The position numbers and the translations under genes are program-made. Positions 18,697 to 28,908 of a DNA stretch of 61,511 nt are shown here, in pieces. Under the pieces are notes generated by a model. That model made no database searches. It saw only the letters and a program-made list of their open reading frames with translations, and was not told the DNA's origin. The stretch spans positions 1-61,511 of IMG/VR virus record IMGVR_UViG_3300044634_003809. One strand, 5' to 3'. The stretch is from a virus (lineage: Duplodnaviria > Caudoviricetes). The number at the start of each line of letters is the position of its first letter. Within the stretch, counting starts at the first letter, position 1.

Positions 18697-19362
18697 ATGG
18701 CGACTCCCCAAAATATAAGAAATACTAGAGTTGGTTCCCCAAGAAGCGATGCTTACGCTTCGGGTTCTTTACCTGAAAATAATAGATCTAAGAAAACATA
18801 TACAACTATTCGTTATGGAAATGACCACGGATCTGTAAGTTTTGGTCATATCCATAAGCAAGCGGATGTTATTGCAGATGTTTTACTTCAGGCTTCTGAC
18901 GGAAGACACTCTATAATGATGGATAAAGATGGTCCCCGAAAAGGTGGGACTACTATGTTTGCTCCTGGTGTTTTTCAAATTCAATGTGGAGATGATAAAA
19001 GCGGAGATGAAAACTCTTTAGTCCTTACCTCTATTAATGGTGATATAATTATCAGGGCTGAAAATGGTAGAGTTCGTATTGAAGGACTTGATATTGATTT
19101 AATCGCAAAAGGACCAGACAATACCAGAGGAAACATTCAAATTAAAGCGGAAGGTGGTAATCTCAATCTTAAAGCAAATAATGTAACAATTGATGGGACT
19201 TCTTCATATAAACTAGTAACTACTGGTCAGGCACAAATAACAGCAAATTCCACTATGAAGATATATAGTTCAGTGATTCAAGGTGTGACTGATGCTGTTG
19301 CGAATAGAGATTCTAAAGTTGGTGGAAAAGATATTTATAGATCTCAAACTAAAGTAAAATAG
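18697..19362 (+). CDS. Putative spike beta-helix protein (gp5 C-terminal-like)
   Basis: Short periodic beta-strand repeats (GDIIIRAENGRVRIEG, GNIQIKAEGGNLNLKA); location downstream of gp5. Confidence 0.5.
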   Translation: MATPQNIRNTRVGSPRSDAYASGSLPENNRSKKTYTTIRYGNDHGSVSFGHIHKQADVIADVLLQASDGRHSIMMDKDGPRKGGTTMFAPGVFQIQCGDDKSGDENSLVLTSINGDIIIRAENGRVRIEGLDIDLIAKGPDNTRGNIQIKAEGGNLNLKANNVTIDGTSSYKLVTTGQAQITANSTMKIYSSVIQGVTDAVANRDSKVGGKDIYRSQTKVK

Positions 19363-19371
19363 GAGAAATAA

Positions 19372-20031
19372 ATGGCTTTTTTACTAGACGATTGTGCTGC
19401 TGGAGGACAATTTATTTGTGGAGCAGGAAACCCAGTTGCATTAGGAGTAGGGGATTCTAAAATAAGAGGATCTGCTTATGTTGAAGGTCCTATGCAAGTA
19501 GGGAAATCAAGTGATCATAAAGTTCCCCGTGCTACTTTCCTTATAGGAAGACTTAACAATTCGGACGCACCATCTGCATTATACTCTCTTTGGGTTAAAT
19601 TATATTCTAGATTTCAGAACTTTGTTAGAATTGATATTTTATTGAAATGTAAATTTATTGAAGCAAAAATTGTAAGAACCGAAGTTCTTCAGGCATCAAT
19701 AAAAAATTTTGTAATTGATCATCCAACCAAAGAAGGTAAAAAACTAGTTCATACCTGTTTAGAGGGACCTGAAAATGGAGTTTATGTTCGCGGTAAATTG
19801 GTTGATGAATCTATAATTGAATTACCAGAATATTGGACAAAGTTGGTTGATGAATCTTCAATATCAATTTCTATTACTCCAATAGGTAATTCACAAGATA
19901 TTTTTGTATCTAACATAGAAAATAATAAAATATTTTTACAAGAAAAAGAGTCTTTACCAATAAGTTGTTTTTATCATATATTTGGTACAAGAAATGATGT
20001 CGAAAAATTAGTAACGGAGATTGATGAATAA
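19372..20031 (+). CDS. Virion protein with C-terminal intramolecular-chaperone-like domain (paralogue A)
   Basis: KNFVIDHPTKEGKKLVHTCLEGPENGVYVRG...IELPEYW; AGGAG RBS. Confidence 0.5.
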   Translation: MAFLLDDCAAGGQFICGAGNPVALGVGDSKIRGSAYVEGPMQVGKSSDHKVPRATFLIGRLNNSDAPSALYSLWVKLYSRFQNFVRIDILLKCKFIEAKIVRTEVLQASIKNFVIDHPTKEGKKLVHTCLEGPENGVYVRGKLVDESIIELPEYWTKLVDESSISISITPIGNSQDIFVSNIENNKIFLQEKESLPISCFYHIFGTRNDVEKLVTEIDE

Positions 20032-20750
20032 TGGCTTTTACTTTTGAAAAGTATGGTACTTTTACTGGACCAGGAACTCCATTTGAGTATAGAGACAATG
20101 ATGACTTTGATGTTAGTAGTTATGATGGATCTTCTTTTAATCTGAATGATGTTTCTGTTTGTTTAGTGAATAGATCAGAATCTCCTGCTGATTATATTTA
20201 CATGCATTTGAATGGATTTCGTACCTCTACTCTTACTTTGGAAAGAAGTTCGGGTAATATCCCTTCATTTTTTGTTAATGCAAATAGATCTACTTTTAGT
20301 GGAGAAGTTTTTTCTAATGGTGGTGCTCATCGACTCTCTGCTAAAAAAAATTTTGATATACCGCACCCAAATAAACAAGGATGGAGACTTAGGCATACTT
20401 GTATAGAGGGTCCAGAAAATGCTGTATATTATAGGGGCAGACTTACTGGTTCGAATATAATTGAACTTCCAGAATATTGGAGAGGATTTATTGATCCTGA
20501 AAGTATTTCAGTGCATTTAACTCAGATAGGTTCTCAGCAGGACCTTATAGTAGAAAAAATTGAATGGGGAACAAGGATTATTATTAAATCTGGTTCAAGT
20601 TCTTCTATAGATTGCTACTATATAGTATATGCTAATAGAATTGATGGGGAAAATTTAATCGTAGAGTATGAGGGAAATAGTCCTGCAGATTATCCCGGAA
20701 ATAATGATGAATATTCTATTGTAGGATGGAATTATGATGTAAGATCTTAA
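20031..20750 (+). CDS. Virion protein with C-terminal intramolecular-chaperone-like domain (paralogue B)
   Basis: KNFDIPHPNKQGWRLRHTCIEGPENAVYYRG...IELPEYW; TAATG overlap with paralogue A. Confidence 0.5.
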   Translation: MAFTFEKYGTFTGPGTPFEYRDNDDFDVSSYDGSSFNLNDVSVCLVNRSESPADYIYMHLNGFRTSTLTLERSSGNIPSFFVNANRSTFSGEVFSNGGAHRLSAKKNFDIPHPNKQGWRLRHTCIEGPENAVYYRGRLTGSNIIELPEYWRGFIDPESISVHLTQIGSQQDLIVEKIEWGTRIIIKSGSSSSIDCYYIVYANRIDGENLIVEYEGNSPADYPGNNDEYSIVGWNYDVRS

Positions 20751-20761
20751 CCTTTATTTCA

Positions 20762-23700
20762 ATGACACATACAAATCCTCAATATAATTTTAAATATCCT
20801 AGAGCATATTCAATTGATACTACCAGAGAATATGATCCAAATGCAGCAAATATATTCGATGATGATCAATTTTCAACTTCTGTTTCCGTAAGTGGAACAC
20901 TTGAAAGTTATTCATTAATTATTACTGGAATAGAAACTTCTGGAATTTCTACCGGGCAGTATATAAAAACAATTGATGAAGTAATACAACCAGGAACTTC
21001 CGTACTTTCAATTGGTATCGGAAGTGTTTTTATTAATCAGGAATCATTAAATGCCGATTCTGTAACAACTACTTTTGAATTTGGTTCTTATCCACTATAT
21101 TCTGATCCAGACTCATTTCCTAATTTAAAGACAGATAATTTATTAGTAAATGAAAACTTGTTTTTGCAAGGGCCAATATATGATAAAACTGATTACAGTG
21201 GAATGTATGGGGAAATACTTTTAACTGATGGTACGTCAGTATTTTGGAGAGATATTTCTGGGATAGGAACTCCACTACAAACTATAGGTATTTGGGATGA
21301 AAATTTATTTAAAGGAATTGTAGCCAATCTCAATTTTCTTGATGGAAATGACCCAAATAATCTAGTAGAAGCTAAAATTGGGATTAGTAGTAAATTTGCG
21401 GATATTATTATATCTGATAGGTGGTCTTTAGTTGATGCTCAAGATCCTTCCAGTAATGTTTATCGACAATCTAAAGTAGGTATTAACAATAATGCTCCAC
21501 TTTATTCTCTTGATCTTAGTGGTGATCTTAGGGTAACTCAAAGTGCAAGATTTACTGGGGATGAACAATCTACTAGTATTACTGATGGTGCTCTTACTGT
21601 AGTTGGTGGCGTCGGTATTGGGTTTAATTTAAATGTAGGTGAAAGTCTTAATGTTATTGGAACTGCAGATATTTTAGATGATACTACAATTGATGCTTCT
21701 TTGGATGTTACTGGAGATGCTTATATTCAACTTCAACTAGAGGTAGATTCATATGTTGATGTTGGTGATTATTTAATTGTACGTTCTACTCAGTCATCAT
21801 CTGATAAAGACACTGGTGCTCTTATAGTAGAAGGTGGTGTTGGAATTGAAGAAAATCTTAATATTGGTAACGATGTTACTATAAGTGGAACTACATCATC
21901 ATCCGATAAAGACACTGGTGCTCTTATAGTAGAAGGTGGAGTTGGAATTGAAGAAAATTTAAACGTTGGACAAGATGTTACTATAAGTGGAACTACATCA
22001 TCATCCGATAAAGACACTGGTGCTCTTGTAGTTGAAGGTGGTGTTGGAATTGAGGAAAATCTTAATGTAGGAAATGATTTTTACTTATCTGGGGATGCAG
22101 AAATTATAGGAACTGTGGATGTTCTTTCTGGAAATTCTTCATCTGATAAAGATTCAGGTGCTGTTGTTATAACTGGGGGACTTGGTGTTGGTGAAAATAT
22201 AAATGCTGGAGGATATGTTACTGTAGGTAGTTTGATAGATTCTACAAGTAAAGATACTGGTGCTCTTGTAGTTGAAGGTGGTGTTGGTATTGAAAAAAGT
22301 TTAAACGTTGGAAATAATGCTTCAATAAATTCTACTTTAAAAGTTGGAGTAGCAGGTACTGTAATCACTACAACCGGAATTGGATCAGTTGGATTTGGAA
22401 CAACTTCTCCTAGAAGAGACATTGAGTTTAATAATAAAGATGTTTTCTTTAATCAAGGTGCAATATATGATTCAAATGAAAATGTGGGATTTAGGTCAGA
22501 AAAATATCAAGTTCCCAGAAATGTTTTAACTGCAGTTGGTGTTGATACTGCAGGAAATATTATACCTGGAAGATTTTATGATGCTGCTAATTTAATTCGG
22601 ATTAATTTAGATTTCATTGCAAATGAAACTATTGGATTTTTAACAAGTACTGATTATAAAAATCCACCATTTGTAGTTGTTAATTCTTCTGGAATTGCAA
22701 CAGATATTGTAAATTGTAAAGATGATATTAAAAATATTTTAAAATCAATAACTTATGATATTACTAGAGGTGGAAACTCACAATCTGTAGGTGCTGGATT
22801 ATCTTACTATAGTGGAAATACCTTATTGCATATAACAGGTAATGATACAAATGGATATTCTGTAAAAGATGCCACCATTGTTGCTATTACCACGGCAGCA
22901 CAACTTGCAAGATATGTAGTTAATAATGTATCAATACCAAAATCATATCAAAGTATTGGATCAAGTATTCAACAAATCAAGGATTTAAGCCTTCAAGATG
23001 ATTCTTCTGTTGGAGGAAATGATAATTATGATGGGTGTGCAAATGTTGTTTCTGCGATTACTGTTTGTGCGGGAATTGTAACTACAATTATTGGAAACGG
23101 ACCATCTGCTGCCCCAAACAAAACCAACCCTGATACTAAAATTGTTTGGTCTCCTGCTGGGGCAGATTCTAAAAATATTATTTACGTTTCCAAATATGGT
23201 AATGATGATAATGATGGTAGGACAGAGGGATCTGCTAAATTGACCATCGGAGCAGCTGCAGAGATTGCTCAAGGTGGAGATACTATTATGGTTCGTTCTG
23301 GATTTTATATTGAAGAAAATCCTATAGGATTGAGAACCGATGTGACAGTTACTGGACAAGATTTGAGACTTGTTACTGTATGTCCTCAATATGATGATGA
23401 TGTTTTCTATGTAAGACGTGGTTGTTTAATTGAAAATTTAAGTTTTGCTTTTAGTAGAAATCCATTTTATGTTGGGCAAAATACTCCAATTGTCTTTACA
23501 AAAGGAGCAGCAGTGGCATTTCCACCTCCAATAGGAATTGGAGGTGCTAGATCTGGATATAAAGAACCAGGACCTGCAACTGAAGGAATTACTGGAAGAT
23601 GGAGGTCTCCTTATATTCGAAATTGTACTAATTTTATGAGTGGAAGTATTGGAATGAAAATTAATGGAGATCACGCAACAGCATCTGATATAGGTGCCGA

Positions 23701-24856
23701 TCTCAAATGTATGGTTTGTGATTCCTTTACTCAATACAATGAAAATGGAATTGGAGTATCTATTACTAATAATGGATATGCTCAATTAGTTTCTATATTC
23801 ACTATTAATTCTAATATTGGAATTTATTGCGATACTGGTGGATCTTGTGATCTAACAAATTCAAATTCTTCTTTTGGTAATTATGGTCTATATGCTGTTG
23901 GTCTTGGTAGAACAGAATTCACTGGATATGTTAAAAATGCACCGCAAAATTTTGGACCAACAGTAACAAGAACTACAAATGGTGTTGATGCCGGATCTGA
24001 TAAAGTTACTTTCAGTAATGTAAGGGATTTAACACCTGAACAAAATTTTAGAAGACCATTTGATGGACAGACTTTATTCTTTGAAATTGATCTAAGTAGA
24101 TATCCTGAGGCTGATACTACTGGATTGCCTTCCACCATTCTAACATCTCCTATGAAAGATGTTCGAGGAATAAAAATAAAATCAGGAGGATCTGGATTCA
24201 GTGCTTCAACACCACCCTCTATGATAATAGTTGATAAAAATTCCAATTTTTCTCAACTTCCGAAAGGTCCTCAAGGAATTATTGCTGAATTGAGTCCAAA
24301 TATAGATGAAAATGGGGTAATAACCTCTGTCGATGTTATAAATAGTGGCAGAAATTATCTACCAAATCAAAATCTAGTTGTTTTGGTTGATGGCGTAGAT
24401 TCTTCGGTCAATACTCCTCAAAATATTTTCAATGTTGAAATGGAGGTTATCACTCAACCAATTTATTATTCTGTTGATACTGCAACAGAACCAACAAACA
24501 CCGGAGAAACCACAGTTACTTTTTCTACATTTATTCCGTATGAATTGTTTGGTGGTGAAAATGTATCATTTAAAAGAATTAGTAGAATATTAACAAGTTC
24601 TCATTCATTCGAATATATTGGTACTGGAACAGATATAAATACTGCAACACCGTTTAAAGGGGCAGTTCCGATAAAAGAAAATGAAGTTGTTGCATTGGAT
24701 GGAGCACAAATTCCATTTACTTCAACAGATCAAAAAGGTAATTTTGATATTGGGGAAGGGTTCCAAGTTAATCAACCAACATCAGTGATCAGAGGAAGAG
24801 ATTTTAGTAAAGCAATACAAGCAGAAGTTACACCACTCATACTTGCATTAAGGTAA
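20762..24856 (+). CDS. Tail fibre/appendage protein with repeat shaft and pectin-lyase-like beta-helix
   Basis: SSSDKDTGALxVEGGVGIEENLN repeats; IIYVSKYGNDDNDG...TIGAAAEIAQGGDTIMVRSGFY (beta-helix cap); SPYIRNCTNF, DSFTQYNENG, SSHSFEYIGTG. Confidence 0.7.
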   Translation: MTHTNPQYNFKYPRAYSIDTTREYDPNAANIFDDDQFSTSVSVSGTLESYSLIITGIETSGISTGQYIKTIDEVIQPGTSVLSIGIGSVFINQESLNADSVTTTFEFGSYPLYSDPDSFPNLKTDNLLVNENLFLQGPIYDKTDYSGMYGEILLTDGTSVFWRDISGIGTPLQTIGIWDENLFKGIVANLNFLDGNDPNNLVEAKIGISSKFADIIISDRWSLVDAQDPSSNVYRQSKVGINNNAPLYSLDLSGDLRVTQSARFTGDEQSTSITDGALTVVGGVGIGFNLNVGESLNVIGTADILDDTTIDASLDVTGDAYIQLQLEVDSYVDVGDYLIVRSTQSSSDKDTGALIVEGGVGIEENLNIGNDVTISGTTSSSDKDTGALIVEGGVGIEENLNVGQDVTISGTTSSSDKDTGALVVEGGVGIEENLNVGNDFYLSGDAEIIGTVDVLSGNSSSDKDSGAVVITGGLGVGENINAGGYVTVGSLIDSTSKDTGALVVEGGVGIEKSLNVGNNASINSTLKVGVAGTVITTTGIGSVGFGTTSPRRDIEFNNKDVFFNQGAIYDSNENVGFRSEKYQVPRNVLTAVGVDTAGNIIPGRFYDAANLIRINLDFIANETIGFLTSTDYKNPPFVVVNSSGIATDIVNCKDDIKNILKSITYDITRGGNSQSVGAGLSYYSGNTLLHITGNDTNGYSVKDATIVAITTAAQLARYVVNNVSIPKSYQSIGSSIQQIKDLSLQDDSSVGGNDNYDGCANVVSAITVCAGIVTTIIGNGPSAAPNKTNPDTKIVWSPAGADSKNIIYVSKYGNDDNDGRTEGSAKLTIGAAAEIAQGGDTIMVRSGFYIEENPIGLRTDVTVTGQDLRLVTVCPQYDDDVFYVRRGCLIENLSFAFSRNPFYVGQNTPIVFTKGAAVAFPPPIGIGGARSGYKEPGPATEGITGRWRSPYIRNCTNFMSGSIGMKINGDHATASDIGADLKCMVCDSFTQYNENGIGVSITNNGYAQLVSIFTINSNIGIYCDTGGSCDLTNSNSSFGNYGLYAVGLGRTEFTGYVKNAPQNFGPTVTRTTNGVDAGSDKVTFSNVRDLTPEQNFRRPFDGQTLFFEIDLSRYPEADTTGLPSTILTSPMKDVRGIKIKSGGSGFSASTPPSMIIVDKNSNFSQLPKGPQGIIAELSPNIDENGVITSVDVINSGRNYLPNQNLVVLVDGVDSSVNTPQNIFNVEMEVITQPIYYSVDTATEPTNTGETTVTFSTFIPYELFGGENVSFKRISRILTSSHSFEYIGTGTDINTATPFKGAVPIKENEVVALDGAQIPFTSTDQKGNFDIGEGFQVNQPTSVIRGRDFSKAIQAEVTPLILALR
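21568..22314 (+). repeat. Six in-frame copies of a ~25-aa shaft repeat (three at 105-bp spacing, near-identical DNA)
   Basis: tcatc(t/c)gataaagacactggtgctctt(a/g)tagt(a/t)gaaggtgg repeated near 21796, 21901, 22006, with more diverged copies either side. Confidence 0.85.
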
Positions 24857-24859
24857 TAT

Positions 24860-25546
24860 ATGGCAATTGCACCACTTAATAAATTTTTAACTATAGCAGT
24901 TCCTGTAGCACCTGGGGAACAATTAATATATTCTACACCGACTGGAGTTTCTGCAATTCTTCTTTATGCACAAGTTTCAAATGTAGGAGTGAATACCTAT
25001 CCAACAGTAACTTTTACTCATCGTAGAAAAAGTACTGCCTCCAGAACTTTTGGAAATACTAGAAATAATAGGATTATAAAAAACGCAGAAGTTCCTCCAA
25101 GTGATGCTTTGATTATTATTGATGGTAGGTTGGTATTAGAAAAAAGTGCAGTAGTTCAAGATTCAATATTAATTGAAGGAACTCAGTCAGGAATTGTATC
25201 TGTTACTGGTTGTAATTATGACAACGTTACTGGAGTTACTACTATTACTACTTCAGTTGCTCATAATTTTAATGTTGGTGATGAAGTCACTATGAGTGGA
25301 TTGGCATTTACTTGTGCAGGATCTGTTGGTATTACGACAACAATATTTCCATCCCCTCAACAATCTTTTACCATAGAATCAATCATTGGATCTGTTGGAA
25401 CTTCAAAGACTTTTGTTACTAATTCTGGAATTGTTTATGATTCTAATACTGGTCTTGGGATAACTCACTATTATAATGGTGGTGGATTAGTAGGTCCTCT
25501 TCAAATGGAATTTATTTGTAGCATACTTGAGAATAGTTCATCGTAA
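24860..25546 (+). CDS. Small virion structural protein (fibre-associated)
   Basis: Co-directional ORF between fibre genes; module YDNVTGVTTITTSVAHNFNVGDEV resembles YNNVTGLATVTTSSNHDF in ORF 30118. Confidence 0.55.
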   Translation: MAIAPLNKFLTIAVPVAPGEQLIYSTPTGVSAILLYAQVSNVGVNTYPTVTFTHRRKSTASRTFGNTRNNRIIKNAEVPPSDALIIIDGRLVLEKSAVVQDSILIEGTQSGIVSVTGCNYDNVTGVTTITTSVAHNFNVGDEVTMSGLAFTCAGSVGITTTIFPSPQQSFTIESIIGSVGTSKTFVTNSGIVYDSNTGLGITHYYNGGGLVGPLQMEFICSILENSSS

Positions 25547-25551
25547 GATAT

Positions 25552-28500
25552 ATGACTAAAAAATATATAAGTGGTAGAAGTAAAGTAATATCTTTTTCTG
25601 GTCTAAGTACAGATAGGCACTTGTATCTTAGTGTTGATCAATCTGAACCAAATTTAGGATATCCTGGAGAAAAAAATACTATTGGTATTTCTGGAACTTA
25701 TTATAAACTTGTAACTATTGATGGTGGTAGTTTATATGATAGGTATTGGATTCCAGAAGCTCCTCAAACTTATTTGAATGGTCTTACTATTTTTGACGAA
25801 GACGTTGCTATTATTGCAGGGATTAATAGCGTATCTAAATTAAATTTTATTGGCAATTCTATAAATGCGACAGTTGATTCTACTGGAACTATTTCAACTA
25901 TCACAGTTTTTGCTCCAGGAGATCCCGGAAATTTTGTATATACTAGACCCAATAATAGAAATAATAAAGATTTTTATGCTACTTCTTATCTTCAATATGA
26001 TTATGTAAATTCTAGAGTTGGTATTGCTTCTACTTTACCTTCTGTTGGATTTGATGTAAATGATGAAGTTAGGTTTCGTTCTCGTTTATTTGATTATGAA
26101 AATAGTTCTGGAGATCCCGGATCTATTTTAACATCTTCTGGTGATGGTGTTATGTGGACAGCACCATATCAATTAATGTTTCAAGGTACTCAAGGAACTA
26201 TAGGTAGTCAAGGATTTCAAGGTACTCAAGGTCTACAAGGTCCTCAAAGTGCTCAAGGTGTTCAAGGACTTCAAGGAACTCAAGGTGTTGGTGGTGAAGT
26301 TGGTATTCAGGGTAATCAAGGAACCCAAGGTGTTCAAGGTTTAAGTAATCAAGGAACTCAAGGTACTCAAGGTACTCAAGGTCTACAAGGTCCTCAAAGT
26401 GCTCAAGGTGTTCAAGGACTTCAAGGAACTCAAGGTGTTGGTGGTGAAATTGGTATTCAGGGTAATCAAGGAACCCAAGGTGTTCAAGGTTTAAGTAATC
26501 AAGGAACTCAAGGTACTCAAGGTCTTCAAGGCACTCAAGGTCTTCAGGGGGATCAAGGAACTCAAGGTACTCAAGGTCCCGCTGGAACTATGCAGGGTCT
26601 TCAAGGCACTCAAGGTCTTCAGGGGGATCAAGGAACTCAAGGTACTCAAGGTCCCGCTGGAACTATGCAGGGTCTTCAAGGTACTCAAGGTCTTCAAGGT
26701 ACTCAAGGACTTCAGGGGACTGATGGGGAAATAGGTCTTCAAGGTCTTCAAGGCACTCAAGGTATTCAAGGTACTCAAAGTGCTCAAGGTGTTCAAGGAC
26801 TACAAGGAAATATAGGACTTCAGGGAACTCAAGGATCTCTGGGGTCAATTGGATTGACGGGTAATCAAGGTACTCAAGGCACTCAAGGCATTCAAGGCAC
26901 TCAAGGACTTCAGGGAGCACAAGGAATTCAAGGTTCACAAGGAACACAAGGATTTCAAGGAACTCAAGGAACAGTTGGTAATTTCCAAGGTACTCAAGGT
27001 CTTCAAGGTCTTCAAGGAACTCAAGGAACTCAAGGGTTTCAGGGACCACAAGGAATTCAAGGTTCACAAGGAACTCAAGGAAGACAAGGAACTCAAGGTC
27101 TTCAGGGACTTCAAGGAACTCAGGGAACAATTGGTAATTTCCAAGGAACACAAGGACTTCAAGGAACTCAAGGAACTCAAGGAACTCAAGGTATTCAGGG
27201 AGAGAGTTTCCAAGGAACTCAAGGTGTTCAAGGAACTCAAGGTCTTCAGGGTGATCAAGGAACTCAAGGAACTCAAGGATCATTCGGTAATTTCCAAGGA
27301 ACTCAAGGTCTTCAGGGTGATCAAGGAACTCAAGGAACTCAAGGAACTCAAGGTATTCAGGGAGAGAGTTTCCAAGGAACTCAAGGAACTCAGGGACTTC
27401 AAGGAACTCAGGGACTTCAAGGAACTCAAGGATCATTAAGTAATTTCCAAGGAACTCAAGGAAGACAAGGAACTCAAGGTGTTCAAGGTCTTCAAGGAAT
27501 TGGTGGTATTGGTGGTATTCAAGGAGCTCAAGGTGTTCAAGGAACTCAAGGTGTTCAAGGTTTAAGTAATCAAGGAACTCAAGGAACTCAAGGAACAATT
27601 GGTAATTTCCAAGGAACTCAAGGAACTCAAGGTTTACCTGGATCTTTTGCTGGTAAGGGCGATCAAGGTACTCAAGGTCTTCAAGGTCTTCAAGGAACTC
27701 AAGGAACAATTGGTAATTTCCAAGGAACTCAAGGAACTCAAGGTTTATCTGGATCTTTTGTTGGTAAAGGTGATCAAGGAACTCAAGGAACTCAAGGTTT
27801 AAGTAATCAAGGTACAAGAGGAATTCAAGGTGAACAAGGAGAAGCTGGTGGTTCCGATCTGATTAGAGTAACAAATACTACAGGTGCTGTTGCAGGACTA
27901 TCGACTTTTTATCCAGTCTTTATTTCTGATTCTGGAATAACTACTGCCCCTAGAATTAATAAAACAAATGATTATTTTGAGTATGAACCGCAAGTTGGAA
28001 GATTAACGGCAATTGAATTTGCTGGACGTGGAATTACACCTAGAGGTGGTATTATTCTTTGGAGTGGGTCTTTAGCAGCAGCAGAAGCACTACAACCAAA
28101 TTGGGCAATATGTGATGGTAGAACTGTAAATGGAGTAACAACTCCCAATTTAGTCAATAGGTTTATTGTAGCAGCCGGTAATGGTAGTTCATATAATGTT
28201 GGTTCTACTGGTGGGGAAAATTCTGTAACCTTAAGTCTTAATGAAATACCATCTCATAACCATGGAGGAGGTGGTTCTTCGACGGTTAGTACAGATTCAC
28301 AGGGAGCTCACACACACTCTATTACAATTACTGATCCAGGACATAGCCATGGTTATGATAAATTGACTGATAAACATAATGCTGCTGGGAGCACTTCCGA
28401 AGTTTGGAGAAAACAGGAAGGAAAAACTACGACCAAAGAAACAACAGGAATATCGGCGTCTATAAATACAGCTGGTGGCGCACACACACATAGTGCTACA

Positions 28501-28593
28501 TTTTCATATTCAATTAGTAGTAACGGAGGTGGATCTGCACACGAAAACAGACCTCCATATTTTGCTTTGGCCTATATTATGAGAACTGCTTAA
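25552..28593 (+). CDS. Collagen-like tail fibre with C-terminal tail-collar domain and HxH tip
   Basis: ~550-aa Gly-X-Gln tract; GGIILWSGS...WAICDG...TPNLVNRFIV (collar); SHNH, AHTH, GHSH, AHTH; HENRPPYFALAYIMR. Confidence 0.85.
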   Translation: MTKKYISGRSKVISFSGLSTDRHLYLSVDQSEPNLGYPGEKNTIGISGTYYKLVTIDGGSLYDRYWIPEAPQTYLNGLTIFDEDVAIIAGINSVSKLNFIGNSINATVDSTGTISTITVFAPGDPGNFVYTRPNNRNNKDFYATSYLQYDYVNSRVGIASTLPSVGFDVNDEVRFRSRLFDYENSSGDPGSILTSSGDGVMWTAPYQLMFQGTQGTIGSQGFQGTQGLQGPQSAQGVQGLQGTQGVGGEVGIQGNQGTQGVQGLSNQGTQGTQGTQGLQGPQSAQGVQGLQGTQGVGGEIGIQGNQGTQGVQGLSNQGTQGTQGLQGTQGLQGDQGTQGTQGPAGTMQGLQGTQGLQGDQGTQGTQGPAGTMQGLQGTQGLQGTQGLQGTDGEIGLQGLQGTQGIQGTQSAQGVQGLQGNIGLQGTQGSLGSIGLTGNQGTQGTQGIQGTQGLQGAQGIQGSQGTQGFQGTQGTVGNFQGTQGLQGLQGTQGTQGFQGPQGIQGSQGTQGRQGTQGLQGLQGTQGTIGNFQGTQGLQGTQGTQGTQGIQGESFQGTQGVQGTQGLQGDQGTQGTQGSFGNFQGTQGLQGDQGTQGTQGTQGIQGESFQGTQGTQGLQGTQGLQGTQGSLSNFQGTQGRQGTQGVQGLQGIGGIGGIQGAQGVQGTQGVQGLSNQGTQGTQGTIGNFQGTQGTQGLPGSFAGKGDQGTQGLQGLQGTQGTIGNFQGTQGTQGLSGSFVGKGDQGTQGTQGLSNQGTRGIQGEQGEAGGSDLIRVTNTTGAVAGLSTFYPVFISDSGITTAPRINKTNDYFEYEPQVGRLTAIEFAGRGITPRGGIILWSGSLAAAEALQPNWAICDGRTVNGVTTPNLVNRFIVAAGNGSSYNVGSTGGENSVTLSLNEIPSHNHGGGGSSTVSTDSQGAHTHSITITDPGHSHGYDKLTDKHNAAGSTSEVWRKQEGKTTTKETTGISASINTAGGAHTHSATFSYSISSNGGGSAHENRPPYFALAYIMRTA
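26182..27840 (+). repeat. Collagen-coding 9-bp minisatellite (caagg(a/t)act and variants)
   Basis: Continuous QG[TLVIN] repeats, with higher-order 150-bp and 75-bp tandem duplications. Confidence 0.95.
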
Positions 28594-28596
28594 ATA
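28590..28596 (+). promoter_or_regulatory. Possible late promoter motif TTAAATA
   Basis: Contains the stop codon of the collagen fibre gene. Confidence 0.35.
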
Positions 28597-28669
28597 ACTT
28601 TGTAAAAAGTATATAATGTAAGTAATATCAAAAATAAAAGAACTTAAAAATTTTTTAAACTCCTTTGAC

Positions 28670-28698
28670 TTGACATTCCAGAAAAATCGGTCTATACT
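28670..28698 (+). promoter_or_regulatory. Sigma70-type early promoter TTGACA-N17-TATACT
   Basis: Consensus -35 at 28670-28675, 17-nt spacer, -10 at 28693-28698, A/T-rich upstream tract. Confidence 0.8.
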
Positions 28699-28725
28699 GG
28701 ATGAGTAATCAAAAGAGATTTTTGA

Positions 28726-28908
28726 ATGAACGATGAATACCTCACACGATGCGTTGTTGATCCCATTAAACGAACAGTGTATCTGTATTCCAGTGAGGGA
28801 ACAGAAAAACAAGTGACTTGTGATACTGTTGATGAGTTTATGAATGTTCTAGAGTTTGTTCGTGATTCATTGGATGAAGATACACTCTCATACGCAAATC
28901 CTCTCTGA
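28726..28908 (+). CDS. Hypothetical 60-aa protein (early)
   Basis: ORF immediately downstream of the sigma70 promoter; plausible composition. Confidence 0.7.
   Translation: MNDEYLTRCVVDPIKRTVYLYSSEGTEKQVTCDTVDEFMNVLEFVRDSLDEDTLSYANPL

Noticed and set aside
3676-24246. Many short antisense or overlapping ORFs of 60-135 aa within structural genes
   Set aside because: Fully nested in well-supported genes, no recognisable motifs or RBS
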